From Escherichia phage ZCEC14: 64,000 nt of DNA. The stretch is taken from the sequence record OP168898.1; one strand, 5' to 3'. Under the pieces are notes generated by a model. That model had not been told where the DNA came from. It was given only the letters and a program-made list of their open reading frames with translations, and ran no database searches. Shown one piece after another: positions 37,389 to 45,805 of the stretch. A program made the position numbers and the translations under genes. Within the stretch, counting starts at the first letter, position 1; the number at the start of each line of letters is the position of its first letter.

Positions 37389-37934
37389 ATGAGAAAAGCA
37401 CTACTCGCTGGTCTATTGGCCATTTCAATGATGGCACATAGCTCCGAGCATACTTTCAGTAATGTCCAACTCGATAACATGCGTTACGCGTATCAATTCG
37501 GGGAACAATTTTCTAAGGATGGAAAATATAAAACACATAAAAATATCCACAAGAGCGGATTAGGTCATATAATGGCTGCTATTTTATGGCAAGAAAGCTC
37601 TGGCGGAGTTAATTTAAAATCTAAACCAAAGCATCACGCCTACGGAATGTTCCAAAATTATTTGCCTACTATGCGAGCAAGAGTTAAGGAACTTGGTTAT
37701 AATATGACCGATGCTGAAATAAAAAGAATGTTGAATAAACGATCCAATTCAGCTTCCTGGGCGTACATTGAACTTTCTTATTGGTTAAATATACATAAGG
37801 GCGATATAAGAAAAGCAATATCCTCTTATAATTCGGGATGGAATGTTAAAGCAGGTTCTAAATATGCTTCTGAAGTCCTAGAAAAGGCTAATTACCTTAA
37901 AAATAATAAACTTTTGGAAATAGTAAATGACTAA
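37389..37934 (+). CDS. Secreted lytic-transglycosylase-like protein (vs.1-like)
   Basis: 181 aa with N-terminal signal peptide MRKALLAGLLAISMMAHS; position of T4 vs.1. Confidence 0.55.
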   Translation: MRKALLAGLLAISMMAHSSEHTFSNVQLDNMRYAYQFGEQFSKDGKYKTHKNIHKSGLGHIMAAILWQESSGGVNLKSKPKHHAYGMFQNYLPTMRARVKELGYNMTDAEIKRMLNKRSNSASWAYIELSYWLNIHKGDIRKAISSYNSGWNVKAGSKYASEVLEKANYLKNNKLLEIVND

Positions 37935-38274
37935 AATTTTGGTTTTATGTATAGGATTAATTTCATTTTCTGCTTCTGCGTCAGCAGATACATCATATAC
38001 TGAAATTAGAGAATATGTAAACCGCACTGCGGCAGATTATTGTGGGAAAAATAAAGCATGCCAAGCTGAATTTGCACAGAAATTAATATATGCATATAAA
38101 GACGGAGAAAGAGATAAATCAAGCAGATACAAAAACGATACATTATTAAAACGATATGCTAAAAAGTGGAATACTTTAGAATGTTCAGTTGCGGAGGAGA
38201 AAGATAAAGCCGCTTGTCATTCAATGGTTGACCGTTTGGTAGATTCTTATAATCGAGGATTGAGTACTAGATGA
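37927..38274 (+). CDS. vs: Valyl-tRNA synthetase modifier-like protein (vs-like) with signal peptide
   Basis: 115 aa, matching T4 Vs length and position; N-terminal hydrophobic signal. Confidence 0.5.
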   Translation: MTKILVLCIGLISFSASASADTSYTEIREYVNRTAADYCGKNKACQAEFAQKLIYAYKDGERDKSSRYKNDTLLKRYAKKWNTLECSVAEEKDKAACHSMVDRLVDSYNRGLSTR

Positions 38275-38738
38275 TTGTAAAATATATCAAGGGCGATATT
38301 GTCGCCCTTTTCGCTGAAGGTAAAAATATTGCGCATGGATGCAATTGTTTTCATACTATGGGTTCAGGCGTAGCGGGTCAATTAACCAAAGCTTTCCCTA
38401 AAATTTTGGAAGCTGATAAATTACAGACTGAATGGGGTGATGTAACTAAACTCGGTTCTTACTCAGTCTATGAAAAATACTTTAGGACTCATAAAGCGTA
38501 TTGCTTCAACCTTTATACTCAATTTCAACCAGGGCCAAATTTTGAGTATTCCGCTTTAATGAATTGTATGTTAGAATTAAATGAGTTTGGTGAAAATAAA
38601 CTGATTAAACCTACAATCTATATGCCTAGGATTGGTGCAGGCATAGGTAAAGGGAACTGGGATATTATTGAGGGGATTTTAGATACGTATTCCTCTAAAT
38701 TAGAAATTGTGATTGTTGATTGGGAACCGTTATTATGA
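38271..38738 (+). CDS. Macro domain (ADP-ribose-binding/processing) protein
   Basis: N-terminal IKGDIVALFAEGKNIAHGCNCFHTMGSGVAGQL resembles the macro-domain signature; 155 aa. Confidence 0.6.
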   Translation: MIVKYIKGDIVALFAEGKNIAHGCNCFHTMGSGVAGQLTKAFPKILEADKLQTEWGDVTKLGSYSVYEKYFRTHKAYCFNLYTQFQPGPNFEYSALMNCMLELNEFGENKLIKPTIYMPRIGAGIGKGNWDIIEGILDTYSSKLEIVIVDWEPLL

Positions 38739-38947
38739 ATATACATTATCCACATCCATATGACCCAAAGAATAAGGCAGTAATTATTCGTCAATGGGAA
38801 CGCATTTGTCGTACTAAATGTCCAATTAATAGTCCACATGATGTAGATAAAGATTACATTGGAACATTCGTTGAATATACCTTTATTGATAAGAAAGGTC
38901 GTAAACAGCACGTAGAAGAATACTGCTTAAAGGTGACATGGTTATGA
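38720..38947 (+). CDS. Hypothetical protein (75 aa)
   Basis: Overlapping ORF chain; no motif. Confidence 0.45.
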   Translation: MGTVIMNIHYPHPYDPKNKAVIIRQWERICRTKCPINSPHDVDKDYIGTFVEYTFIDKKGRKQHVEEYCLKVTWL

Positions 38948-39150
38948 GTCAAACTAGTATTCTTAAAAATGCCCACTGTGAAAAGTGTAAATGGCCGGTT
39001 GTTTTTGCTTTATGCAACGATGAAATGGCTTGTGATTTCGATTATTGGTGCTATTGTTCTAATAAAGGATGCATCAATCATAAAGGTGAAGGATTTTATT
39101 CGGGATTTTATCCTTATCCAGAATTCGTTAAAGAAGGTAAACCGAAATGA
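38938..39150 (+). CDS. Hypothetical Cys-rich small protein (70 aa)
   Basis: Cys pattern CEKCKW...CNDEMACDFDYWCYCSNKGC suggests a metal-binding fold. Confidence 0.45.
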   Translation: MVMSQTSILKNAHCEKCKWPVVFALCNDEMACDFDYWCYCSNKGCINHKGEGFYSGFYPYPEFVKEGKPK

Positions 39151-39320
39151 ATAGTTCTGAGCTACAATATGAAGTGTCACGTGAACTTGATAATTTAATT
39201 GAACTCGCTGCTAATAAAGGTTTTGCCATTGGAATTGGTCAAAAAGATACTGATCATTTAACTATGGAAATATTTAAGCAAAAGCGAATTATTTTAAAAC
39301 TTCTGGAAATTAATATATGA
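39147..39320 (+). CDS. Hypothetical small protein (57 aa)
   Basis: ATGA overlap with upstream stop; below ORF-track cutoff. Confidence 0.4.
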   Translation: MNSSELQYEVSRELDNLIELAANKGFAIGIGQKDTDHLTMEIFKQKRIILKLLEINI

Positions 39321-39502
39321 GCCTAAGCAAAGAACAAAAAGACAAACTCTTTTCTCTTATCCACGAAGTTATGGATAAAAATAGTGAATTGGAAAAAGTT
39401 TGTAATGAATGCGGTCCTTTTAGCGCAAATGAATACGAAGAACTTTCCAAAGAATTTGATAATAAAGAACAAGAACTCATTAATTATATAAATTCCTTAT
39501 GA
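39317..39502 (+). CDS. Small helical protein, member of tandem ~60-aa paralog family
   Basis: 61 aa; shares xEQxxKh...helix...YLExL pattern with 39499, 41498, 41704, 41888, 42226. Confidence 0.5.
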   Translation: MSLSKEQKDKLFSLIHEVMDKNSELEKVCNECGPFSANEYEELSKEFDNKEQELINYINSL

Positions 39503-39687
39503 TTACTCGCGAACAAAAGAACGAAATATTATTTTTAGTTGGTGAAATTATTAGTTTAGAAAAGGATTTGTCTTTTGAATTATCTTCTGATTATGGAGAT
39601 GCCGAAACATATTACGAATTAGTAAAATCTATCGATAAAGCTGAAAATGATTTAGAAACATATTTAGAAAATTTAACTAAGGACTAA
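39499..39687 (+). CDS. Small helical protein, member of tandem ~60-aa paralog family
   Basis: 62 aa; MITREQKNEILFLVGEII...DLETYLENL. Confidence 0.5.
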   Translation: MITREQKNEILFLVGEIISLEKDLSFELSSDYGDAETYYELVKSIDKAENDLETYLENLTKD

Positions 39688-39688
39688 A

Positions 39689-40270
39689 ATGGCGAGTTTA
39701 ATTTTTACTTATGCAGCAATGAATGCTGGAAAATCTGCTTCTCTTTTGACTGCTGCACATAATTATAAAGAACGCGGAATGAGTGTATTAGTTCTTAAGC
39801 CTGCTATTGATACTCGCGACTCTGTCTGTGAAGTCGTTTCTCGCATTGGAATTAAGCAGGAAGCGAATATTATCACAGATGATATGGATATTTTCGAGTT
39901 CTATAAATGGGCTGAAGCACAAAAAGATATTCATTGTGTATTTGTAGATGAAGCTCAGTTTTTAAAAACTGAACAGGTGCATCAATTAAGCCGAATTGTT
40001 GATACATATAATGTTCCTGTTATGGCTTATGGATTAAGGACTGATTTCGCTGGAAAATTATTTGAAGGTTCTAAAGAACTTTTAGCGATTGCAGATAAAC
40101 TTATTGAACTAAAAGCAGTTTGTCATTGCGGTAAAAAAGCGATTATGACAGCTCGATTAATGGAAGATGGAACACCAGTTAAAGAAGGTAATCAAATCTG
40201 TATTGGTGATGAAATTTATGTTTCTTTGTGTAGAAAACATTGGAATGAATTAACTAAAAAGCTCGGTTAG
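39689..40270 (+). CDS. tk: Thymidine kinase
   Basis: 193 aa as T4 Tk; P-loop MNAGKSASLL, C-terminal Zn-binding CHCGKKA...C motif. Confidence 0.9.
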   Translation: MASLIFTYAAMNAGKSASLLTAAHNYKERGMSVLVLKPAIDTRDSVCEVVSRIGIKQEANIITDDMDIFEFYKWAEAQKDIHCVFVDEAQFLKTEQVHQLSRIVDTYNVPVMAYGLRTDFAGKLFEGSKELLAIADKLIELKAVCHCGKKAIMTARLMEDGTPVKEGNQICIGDEIYVSLCRKHWNELTKKLG

Positions 40271-40312
40271 TGCAAAAGTTATAAATAGGTTTATCTAACT
40301 AAAGGGGTATAT

Positions 40313-40525
40313 ATGTTACAATTAACTGAAAAGCAACTTCGCAATCTTACTGTGCTTCAATTAGATGAAATTCGTAGGGAAGTTGGAAATATCATTTCAG
40401 CTTTGCGTCGAGAAGTATCACTCAACCAATCTCCGGCAGACTATACTAGATTGCGAAATTTTGAAAAATACCTTGATAAAGTTAAGGCCGTGCATCGGCA
40501 CAAAGTAAATACAGGACAAAAATGA
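40313..40525 (+). CDS. Hypothetical protein (rI.1 position), 70 aa
   Basis: Small ORF between tk and rI. Confidence 0.5.
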
Positions 40526-40537
40526 TAGGAGGCCTTT

Positions 40538-40831
40538 ATGGCCTTAAAAGCAACGGCACTATTTGCCATGCTAGGATTGTCATTTGTTTTATCTCCATCG
40601 ATTGAAGCGAATGTCGATCCTCATTTTGATAAATTTATGGAATCTGGTATTAGGCACGTTTATACACTTTTTGAAAATAAAAGCGTAGAATCGTCTGAAC
40701 AATTCTATAGTTTTATGAGAACGACCTATAAAAATGACCCGTGCTCTTCTGATTTTGAATGTATAGAGCGAGGCGCGGAGATGGCACAATCATACGCTAG
40801 AATTATGAACATTAAATTGGAGACTGAATGA
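40538..40831 (+). CDS. rI: Lysis inhibition regulator RI (signal-anchor periplasmic protein)
   Basis: 97 aa; MALKATALFAMLGLSFVLSPSIEANVDPHFDKF recognised as T4 RI. Confidence 0.85.
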   Translation: MALKATALFAMLGLSFVLSPSIEANVDPHFDKFMESGIRHVYTLFENKSVESSEQFYSFMRTTYKNDPCSSDFECIERGAEMAQSYARIMNIKLETE

Positions 40832-41214
40832 AATTCAGCGACTTTTCACAAAGTGGAAAACCTTCGAAGGCAGATGAATACTTAGGTTTATTAATGGCTG
40901 CACAAGCTTATTTTCATTCTGCGCATTTTGAAACTAAAAATTATGCTAGACACAAAGCATACGATTTTATTTTCTCCGAGTTGCCAGATTTGATTGATAA
41001 ATTTGGTGAACAATATTTGGGGTATTCTGGTAGAAAATACACACCTTCAATTCCAGATGCCAGTAAACTTCCTACCGACACAATTAAAATGATTGATCGC
41101 ATATTAGACCAATCTAACAGCATTTATAAAGAAATGCCTCCAGCCATCCAAAGCACGATAGATGATATTACTGGAATGTTTTACCAGAGTAAGTATCTTC
41201 TTTCCCTCGAATAA
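40828..41214 (+). CDS. Hypothetical protein (rI.-1 position), 128 aa
   Basis: ORF immediately after rI followed by strong terminator. Confidence 0.5.
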   Translation: MKFSDFSQSGKPSKADEYLGLLMAAQAYFHSAHFETKNYARHKAYDFIFSELPDLIDKFGEQYLGYSGRKYTPSIPDASKLPTDTIKMIDRILDQSNSIYKEMPPAIQSTIDDITGMFYQSKYLLSLE

Positions 41215-41218
41215 CATT

Positions 41219-41242
41219 AGTCTCCTTCGGGAGACTTTTTTC
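41219..41242 (+). terminator. Rho-independent terminator
   Basis: AGTCTCC-TTCG-GGAGACT hairpin followed by TTTTTTC. Confidence 0.8.
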
Positions 41243-41251
41243 ATTTTACCG

Positions 41252-41281
41252 GTTTACTTTCCGTTTGAGCTGTGGTATTAT
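41252..41281 (+). promoter_or_regulatory. T4-type early promoter
   Basis: GTTTAC 41252-41257, TGGTATTAT extended -10, RBS AAGAGGAGAACATCATG. Confidence 0.6.
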
Positions 41282-41309
41282 ACAACTATCGGATAAAGAG
41301 GAGAACATC

Positions 41310-41498
41310 ATGAAAATTGAAGCACTCAATCAAGAAGGAAATATCTACGTCATCATTAATGGTGATTTTTTCGTCGACATGGATGAAGTTACTAGTGAAG
41401 AACTTGTAGAAGTTCTTAAGAAACGCTATAGTATGTGTGATGAAGCTGCAACTCATATGGCGTGTGCAATATTCTCTCTTTCATATGTGGTGGAATAA
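41310..41498 (+). CDS. Hypothetical small protein (62 aa)
   Basis: First ORF after early promoter. Confidence 0.5.
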   Translation: MKIEALNQEGNIYVIINGDFFVDMDEVTSEELVEVLKKRYSMCDEAATHMACAIFSLSYVVE

Positions 41499-41701
41499 TG
41501 ATTAGTATTGAACAAGCAGATAAAATTAAAGAATTGGTAGCTTTAATTCGCAAAGCAGATGAGGAACTTAGTGACTTTGCTTGGTTTTCGGCAGGCATTG
41601 CAAATAAAGGTATTGAAGAATTTGAAGCTAAAGTTGATAATGCTGTAGAAGCTTTAGATATGTTTCTTGATGAAATTATCGATCACAATACGAGAGTTTA
41701 A
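41498..41701 (+). CDS. Small helical protein, paralog family member (67 aa)
   Basis: [24 protein letters not shown]...; ATG 41498 overlapping upstream stop. Confidence 0.45.
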   Translation: MISIEQADKIKELVALIRKADEELSDFAWFSAGIANKGIEEFEAKVDNAVEALDMFLDEIIDHNTRV

Positions 41702-41703
41702 GT

Positions 41704-41898
41704 ATGCTGACACACGAACAGTTTGAAAAAATCATTAAATTAGCACGTGATGTTGAAATAGATTCATATCAATTAGCAGTTGAGCATTGTGAAGGATATT
41801 CATACGAAGGTATAGCAGCAGCTAAAAGAGATTTGGATAAATCTAAAGCTAAGTTAGTTCAATATCTTGAAATGATTAGGTGGAATAATGAAAACTGA
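41704..41898 (+). CDS. Small helical protein, paralog family member (64 aa)
   Basis: MLTHEQFEKIIKLARDVEID...LVQYLEMI. Confidence 0.5.
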   Translation: MLTHEQFEKIIKLARDVEIDSYQLAVEHCEGYSYEGIAAAKRDLDKSKAKLVQYLEMIRWNNEN

Positions 41899-42061
41899 AA
41901 AGCAGATGTTTTTAATGAAGCTAATTGAAGAATATGCTAATGCAGTTTCTGACTATGAGTGTTCTTCTAGGGAAAGAGGCATAGCTTTTGCAAAGGAAGA
42001 AATGAAAATCATGGTTGATGCTCACACAAAACTCCAGAATTTTATTGAAAACGTCATTTAA
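41888..42061 (+). CDS. Small helical protein, paralog family member (57 aa)
   Basis: MKTEKQMFLMKLIEEYANAV...; below ORF-track cutoff. Confidence 0.4.
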   Translation: MKTEKQMFLMKLIEEYANAVSDYECSSRERGIAFAKEEMKIMVDAHTKLQNFIENVI

Positions 42062-42063
42062 TG

Positions 42064-42094
42064 GTTTACAAGTTGGCAAGGTTATGGTATAGTA
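42064..42094 (+). promoter_or_regulatory. T4-type early promoter
   Basis: GTTTACA 42064-42070, TGGTATAGT -10, RBS AAGGAGAAGAGAATG. Confidence 0.5.
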
Positions 42095-42225
42095 ATCTTG
42101 CCAACTGCCAAGGAGAAGAGAATGAAAGTTTTGTTTGTTGTGTATGTGATGATTCAATATAATTACCCAATGTTTACTTATAATCTGGTGAACAACATTA
42201 TTGATATTATTCAAAGGAGCATGTA

Positions 42226-42411
42226 ATGACAAGTGAGCAGGCTTTTAAATTAAGAGAATTAATTGAGATGTATAGTAAAGCTGTTCATGCATCAACAGTT
42301 ATTGATGAATCAGCTTTCTCCGGACATGCTAATAAGATTAAATACAAAACTCTTATGGAAGAAGCTAAAGTAAATCTTGATTCTTATATTGAAACTTTAA
42401 TTGGTGAATAA
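42226..42411 (+). CDS. Small helical protein, paralog family member (61 aa)
   Basis: MTSEQAFKLRELIEMYSKAV...LDSYIETLIGE. Confidence 0.5.
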   Translation: MTSEQAFKLRELIEMYSKAVHASTVIDESAFSGHANKIKYKTLMEEAKVNLDSYIETLIGE

Positions 42412-42412
42412 C

Positions 42413-42679
42413 ATGAGCTTTCCTAAATTAGAAGTAGGCGATTTAGTCTTAACAAAATTGTGGAATGATGCTCAATCAGTAGAAATCTGTCAATATCGTG
42501 GAGCAACAGGTAATTTGATGTACACGATTTATAACCCAGAAATTTTGTTAGAGTGTCATTTGGAACGCTTTATAAAAGACACCGATAGTATGCCTTATAG
42601 TGTATCGATTGTACGTAAATCTGATACAAAGGAATACTCTAAAATTTTAGAACAAATTCATGCCAATAAAAAGGATTAA
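42413..42679 (+). CDS. Hypothetical protein (88 aa)
   Basis: ATG 42413; ORF-track start 42401 is GTG. Confidence 0.5.
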   Translation: MSFPKLEVGDLVLTKLWNDAQSVEICQYRGATGNLMYTIYNPEILLECHLERFIKDTDSMPYSVSIVRKSDTKEYSKILEQIHANKKD

Positions 42680-42680
42680 T

Positions 42681-43211
42681 ATGAAACGATTAGTACTAGA
42701 AGTTAGTTCACTTTTTGGTGAATTGGCTATAGAAAAAGTAAATAATATGTATCGTTTGACGCAAGAAGACGATATGCTATATTTTACGCCTAGCGAAATT
42801 ATTCATTTAACCCAAATTGAAAAACCATACACTGATAAAATTGTAAGCATTAATGATGAGCATAAAATTCATTTTTATTCTTTATGCCCAGGATTTAATA
42901 TTGAAAGCGAGTCAATATGCTTATCAATTAATAATTGGGATAATTTTATAGCTAAGATTAAATATTTCTATTATTCTAATGAAAGAAAACATGGTTTAAA
43001 ATGGTTTAAAAATTGCAATGCTATTATTACTAACGCTTGTAATCAAAATTATGAAACTGTTTTAAATGTATCAAAATGCTATGAAGAGGGAGATGTCTTA
43101 ACTATTCGTCAATCGGTAAATGATGTTAATGTTGTTGTATTAAACAAAGAAGAAGCTGTTTTATTAAAGACTTATCTTGATTCTGTCATTCCAACTATGA
43201 TTTCAAAGTGA
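42681..43211 (+). CDS. Hypothetical protein, paralog A (176 aa)
   Basis: C-terminus ...EEAVLLKTYLDSVIPTMISK parallels the next ORF. Confidence 0.5.
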   Translation: MKRLVLEVSSLFGELAIEKVNNMYRLTQEDDMLYFTPSEIIHLTQIEKPYTDKIVSINDEHKIHFYSLCPGFNIESESICLSINNWDNFIAKIKYFYYSNERKHGLKWFKNCNAIITNACNQNYETVLNVSKCYEEGDVLTIRQSVNDVNVVVLNKEEAVLLKTYLDSVIPTMISK

Positions 43212-43217
43212 GGAAAT

Positions 43218-43739
43218 ATGTTTATTTCAAGTGAAAGTGGTTTAATTCGTGTTGAATTTAAAAATGACATCTTCCTTATTCAAGGAGATGATAATATTAA
43301 AATGAGTTATGACGAAATTAAGAAAATTTGTCATGCTCTTGAAAGTCATGGAAAAGTAAATGCTACTATCGATATAGGCGATTTATGGGTGACACTTTAT
43401 GAAGTATCCGAAGGATTTAACATTGAAGATGAAAACAACATCTTAGCTATTGATAAAAGAAGTGATTTGTTTGATGTGTTAAAAGTTTATGAACAGTCAA
43501 ACGGTGGAAGAAAAGCCGTATTAATTTATCAAAAACCGCATTCATGTGGAACTGCTTCAATCATTTCAAATATTGAAGATGAAACTGATACTTATATGTG
43601 TGTTTTGAAAGCTGGCCGTGACCGTCATCCGGATTTTATTTCTATTCGTCAAAACAATGAAGAAATTTCATTATCAAAATCAGAAGCTGAAGCTATGATT
43701 AAGTATTTAACAACTGTTACACCTTCAATGAAAGGATAA
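43218..43739 (+). CDS. Hypothetical protein, paralog B (173 aa)
   Basis: C-terminus ...SEAEAMIKYLTTVTPSMKG parallels the preceding ORF. Confidence 0.5.
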   Translation: MFISSESGLIRVEFKNDIFLIQGDDNIKMSYDEIKKICHALESHGKVNATIDIGDLWVTLYEVSEGFNIEDENNILAIDKRSDLFDVLKVYEQSNGGRKAVLIYQKPHSCGTASIISNIEDETDTYMCVLKAGRDRHPDFISIRQNNEEISLSKSEAEAMIKYLTTVTPSMKG

Positions 43740-43741
43740 TT

Positions 43742-44203
43742 ATGATTATTAATGAAAGCTCTTGGCACTATAAATTATTCAAAATGTTTAATGATGAATG
43801 GAAACGGCCTAAGACACTATGCGCGTATTTTTGGTCTATTGTTATTCCTACATTTTTCGTTTCTTTTTTCGGATGTACTATACTCGCAGGTCTAACTATC
43901 ATCTGTGCAGAAATCATACAGAAATGGTTTATTTTTGGTAGTTTATGGACTCTTATTCCATCAGCATTTGTACTTGCCATTTTGCTTGTTTTACTTATTA
44001 TTGGTTCATTTGTTATTCCTGCACAACTGCATGAAAAATATAAAGATTATAAATGGAAAAAGGATTATGCTTTACATGTAGAAAATATTGATAGGGCGTA
44101 TAAAGGTTTACCTCCTATTCAACCCAAGAAATCTATTATCGTCGAATTTTTAAAAGCTCGTAAAGCTAAAGTATGTCCTGTTATTGAATATAAGGCTGAA
44201 TGA
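43742..44203 (+). CDS. Integral membrane protein (153 aa)
   Basis: Three to four hydrophobic TM helices. Confidence 0.5.
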   Translation: MIINESSWHYKLFKMFNDEWKRPKTLCAYFWSIVIPTFFVSFFGCTILAGLTIICAEIIQKWFIFGSLWTLIPSAFVLAILLVLLIIGSFVIPAQLHEKYKDYKWKKDYALHVENIDRAYKGLPPIQPKKSIIVEFLKARKAKVCPVIEYKAE

Positions 44204-45213
44204 TGAAAACAGTAATGAAAAGCTATTTTGGTAGTCATCTTTATGGAACTTCTACTCCAGAATCTGATGTAGATTTTAAAGAAATCTTTGTTCCTCCTGC
44301 TCGCGATATTCTTATCGGAAATGTTAAAGAGCATATGAGTAAAAACACTAACAACACATCATCTAAAAACACTAAAGATGATATTGACCATGAACTATAC
44401 AGTCTTAAGTATTTCTTTAAATTAGCAGCAGACGGTGAAACTGTAGCATTGGATATGCTTCACACTCCGCCTGAACTAGTAGTTAAATCTGATTTGCCTG
44501 ATGTATGGAAATTTATCCAAGACAATCGTTCACGGTTTTATACAACTAACATGAAAGCCTATTTAGGATATGTGCGCAAGCAAGCTTCTAAATATGGTGT
44601 TAAGGGTTCTCGTTTGGCTGCATTGCGTAATGTATTGAAAGTAGTTAATCAAATCCCCGATCAGTGGGTTGATTACCGAGAAGATGGAACACAAGGACAA
44701 CGTCGTACTAAAATTGTAGATATTAAACATCGGCTTCCTGAAAACGAGTTCTGTGAATGGGTATTCCATAACCACGAGAAAACAGGTCCTCAAACGTTCT
44801 ATACTGTTCTTGGACGTAAGTACCAAACCACCTTGTCTTTAATCGAGCTCAAGCAATCTCTGAATAAGCTCGATGCGGAATATGGTGAACGTGCTCGTAA
44901 GGCTGAAGCTAATGAAGGTATTGACTGGAAAGCTCTGAGTCATGCTTATCGCGCAGGGTATCAATTGATGGAAATCTACCAAACAGGTGATTTGGTGTTC
45001 CCATTGCGCGAAGCCTCTATCATTAAGCTGATTAAAGCCGGTGAATTACCATTTAAAGAAGTTCAAGAACTTCTTGAAGATACTGTTGATTTGGTTGAAG
45101 TCCTAGCCATCCAGGCAGCTAAGAACGGTATGCCTGATAAGGTAGACATGAAGTTCTGGGACAAGTTCGTTGAAGAGGTATATCTTGAAAACCACCGAAG
45201 TTATTATAAATGA
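44200..45213 (+). CDS. Nucleotidyltransferase-fold protein (Pol beta-like), 337 aa
   Basis: Motif GSHLYGTSTPESDVDF (hG[GS]...DxD) plus downstream acidic ALDMLH. Confidence 0.55.
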   Translation: MMKTVMKSYFGSHLYGTSTPESDVDFKEIFVPPARDILIGNVKEHMSKNTNNTSSKNTKDDIDHELYSLKYFFKLAADGETVALDMLHTPPELVVKSDLPDVWKFIQDNRSRFYTTNMKAYLGYVRKQASKYGVKGSRLAALRNVLKVVNQIPDQWVDYREDGTQGQRRTKIVDIKHRLPENEFCEWVFHNHEKTGPQTFYTVLGRKYQTTLSLIELKQSLNKLDAEYGERARKAEANEGIDWKALSHAYRAGYQLMEIYQTGDLVFPLREASIIKLIKAGELPFKEVQELLEDTVDLVEVLAIQAAKNGMPDKVDMKFWDKFVEEVYLENHRSYYK

Positions 45214-45214
45214 T

Positions 45215-45238
45215 AGGGAGCCTTCGGTCTCCCTTTTT
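45215..45238 (+). terminator. Rho-independent terminator
   Basis: GGGAGCC-TTCG-GTCTCCC hairpin followed by TTTTT. Confidence 0.75.
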
Positions 45239-45261
45239 GTTTAAAATGACGTCACAAAGTT

Positions 45262-45292
45262 GTTTACAAGCATAAAGCTTTATGGTACTATA
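45262..45292 (+). promoter_or_regulatory. T4-type early promoter
   Basis: GTTTACA 45262-45268, TGGTACTATA -10-like, RBS GGGGGAATAAAATG. Confidence 0.6.
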
Positions 45293-45326
45293 CAACTATC
45301 AACTGATGTGGATTTGGGGGAATAAA

Positions 45327-45476
45327 ATGAAAACTACGTTAATTGAAGTAAAAAAGTTGATTGACACAGAAGAGATTTCAGCTTGTTTTGAAAATTTCTT
45401 AGAAGATGCAACTGAAGATAACGCAGTTTATCTCGCTCAGAAAATTATAGAAACATATTTGGAGCAGAATCAATGA
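45327..45476 (+). CDS. Hypothetical small acidic protein (49 aa)
   Basis: ATG 45327 after cassette RBS; ORF-track start 45282 lies upstream of the promoter -10. Confidence 0.45.
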   Translation: MKTTLIEVKKLIDTEEISACFENFLEDATEDNAVYLAQKIIETYLEQNQ

Positions 45477-45736
45477 CAGTTTACGTAGATGTTTTAATGA
45501 ATCATGGATGGAAACTTCGCGGTCATCCAACTAAAAATTGTCATATGTTCACTGATGGAGATATTGAAGAGCTTCATGAAATGGCAGAAGCAATAGGAAT
45601 GAAACGCTCTTGGTTTCAAGATAAACGCATTAAACATTATGACTTACACGCGCGCCGCCGCCAAAAAGCCGTAGAACTTGGAGCTGTAGAAGTATCTCGT
45701 CGCGAAGCAGTAAAAATTTGGCGAACATTAAAATAA
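45473..45736 (+). CDS. Hypothetical protein (87 aa)
   Basis: ATGA overlap; basic C-terminus. Confidence 0.5.
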   Translation: MTVYVDVLMNHGWKLRGHPTKNCHMFTDGDIEELHEMAEAIGMKRSWFQDKRIKHYDLHARRRQKAVELGAVEVSRREAVKIWRTLK

Positions 45737-45739
45737 ATT

Positions 45740-45769
45740 GTTTACAGTAGGGTAGTAGTGTGATACTAT
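45740..45769 (+). promoter_or_regulatory. T4-type early promoter
   Basis: GTTTACA 45740-45746, GTGATACTATTACCCTATCAA module as in CTS cassette. Confidence 0.6.
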
Positions 45770-45805
45770 TACCCTATCAAAACAAATGTGAAATTGGAGA
45801 ATAAA

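Noticed and set aside
41921-42232. 103-aa minus-strand ORF
   Set aside because: It is antisense to a run of plus-strand small genes that have their own early promoter and RBSs; there is no upstream signal on the minus strand.
44119-45213. Minus-strand ORFs 44119-44334 and 44563-44826 inside the nucleotidyltransferase-fold gene
   Set aside because: They are embedded antisense in a 337-aa ORF with a clear catalytic motif; no expression signals.
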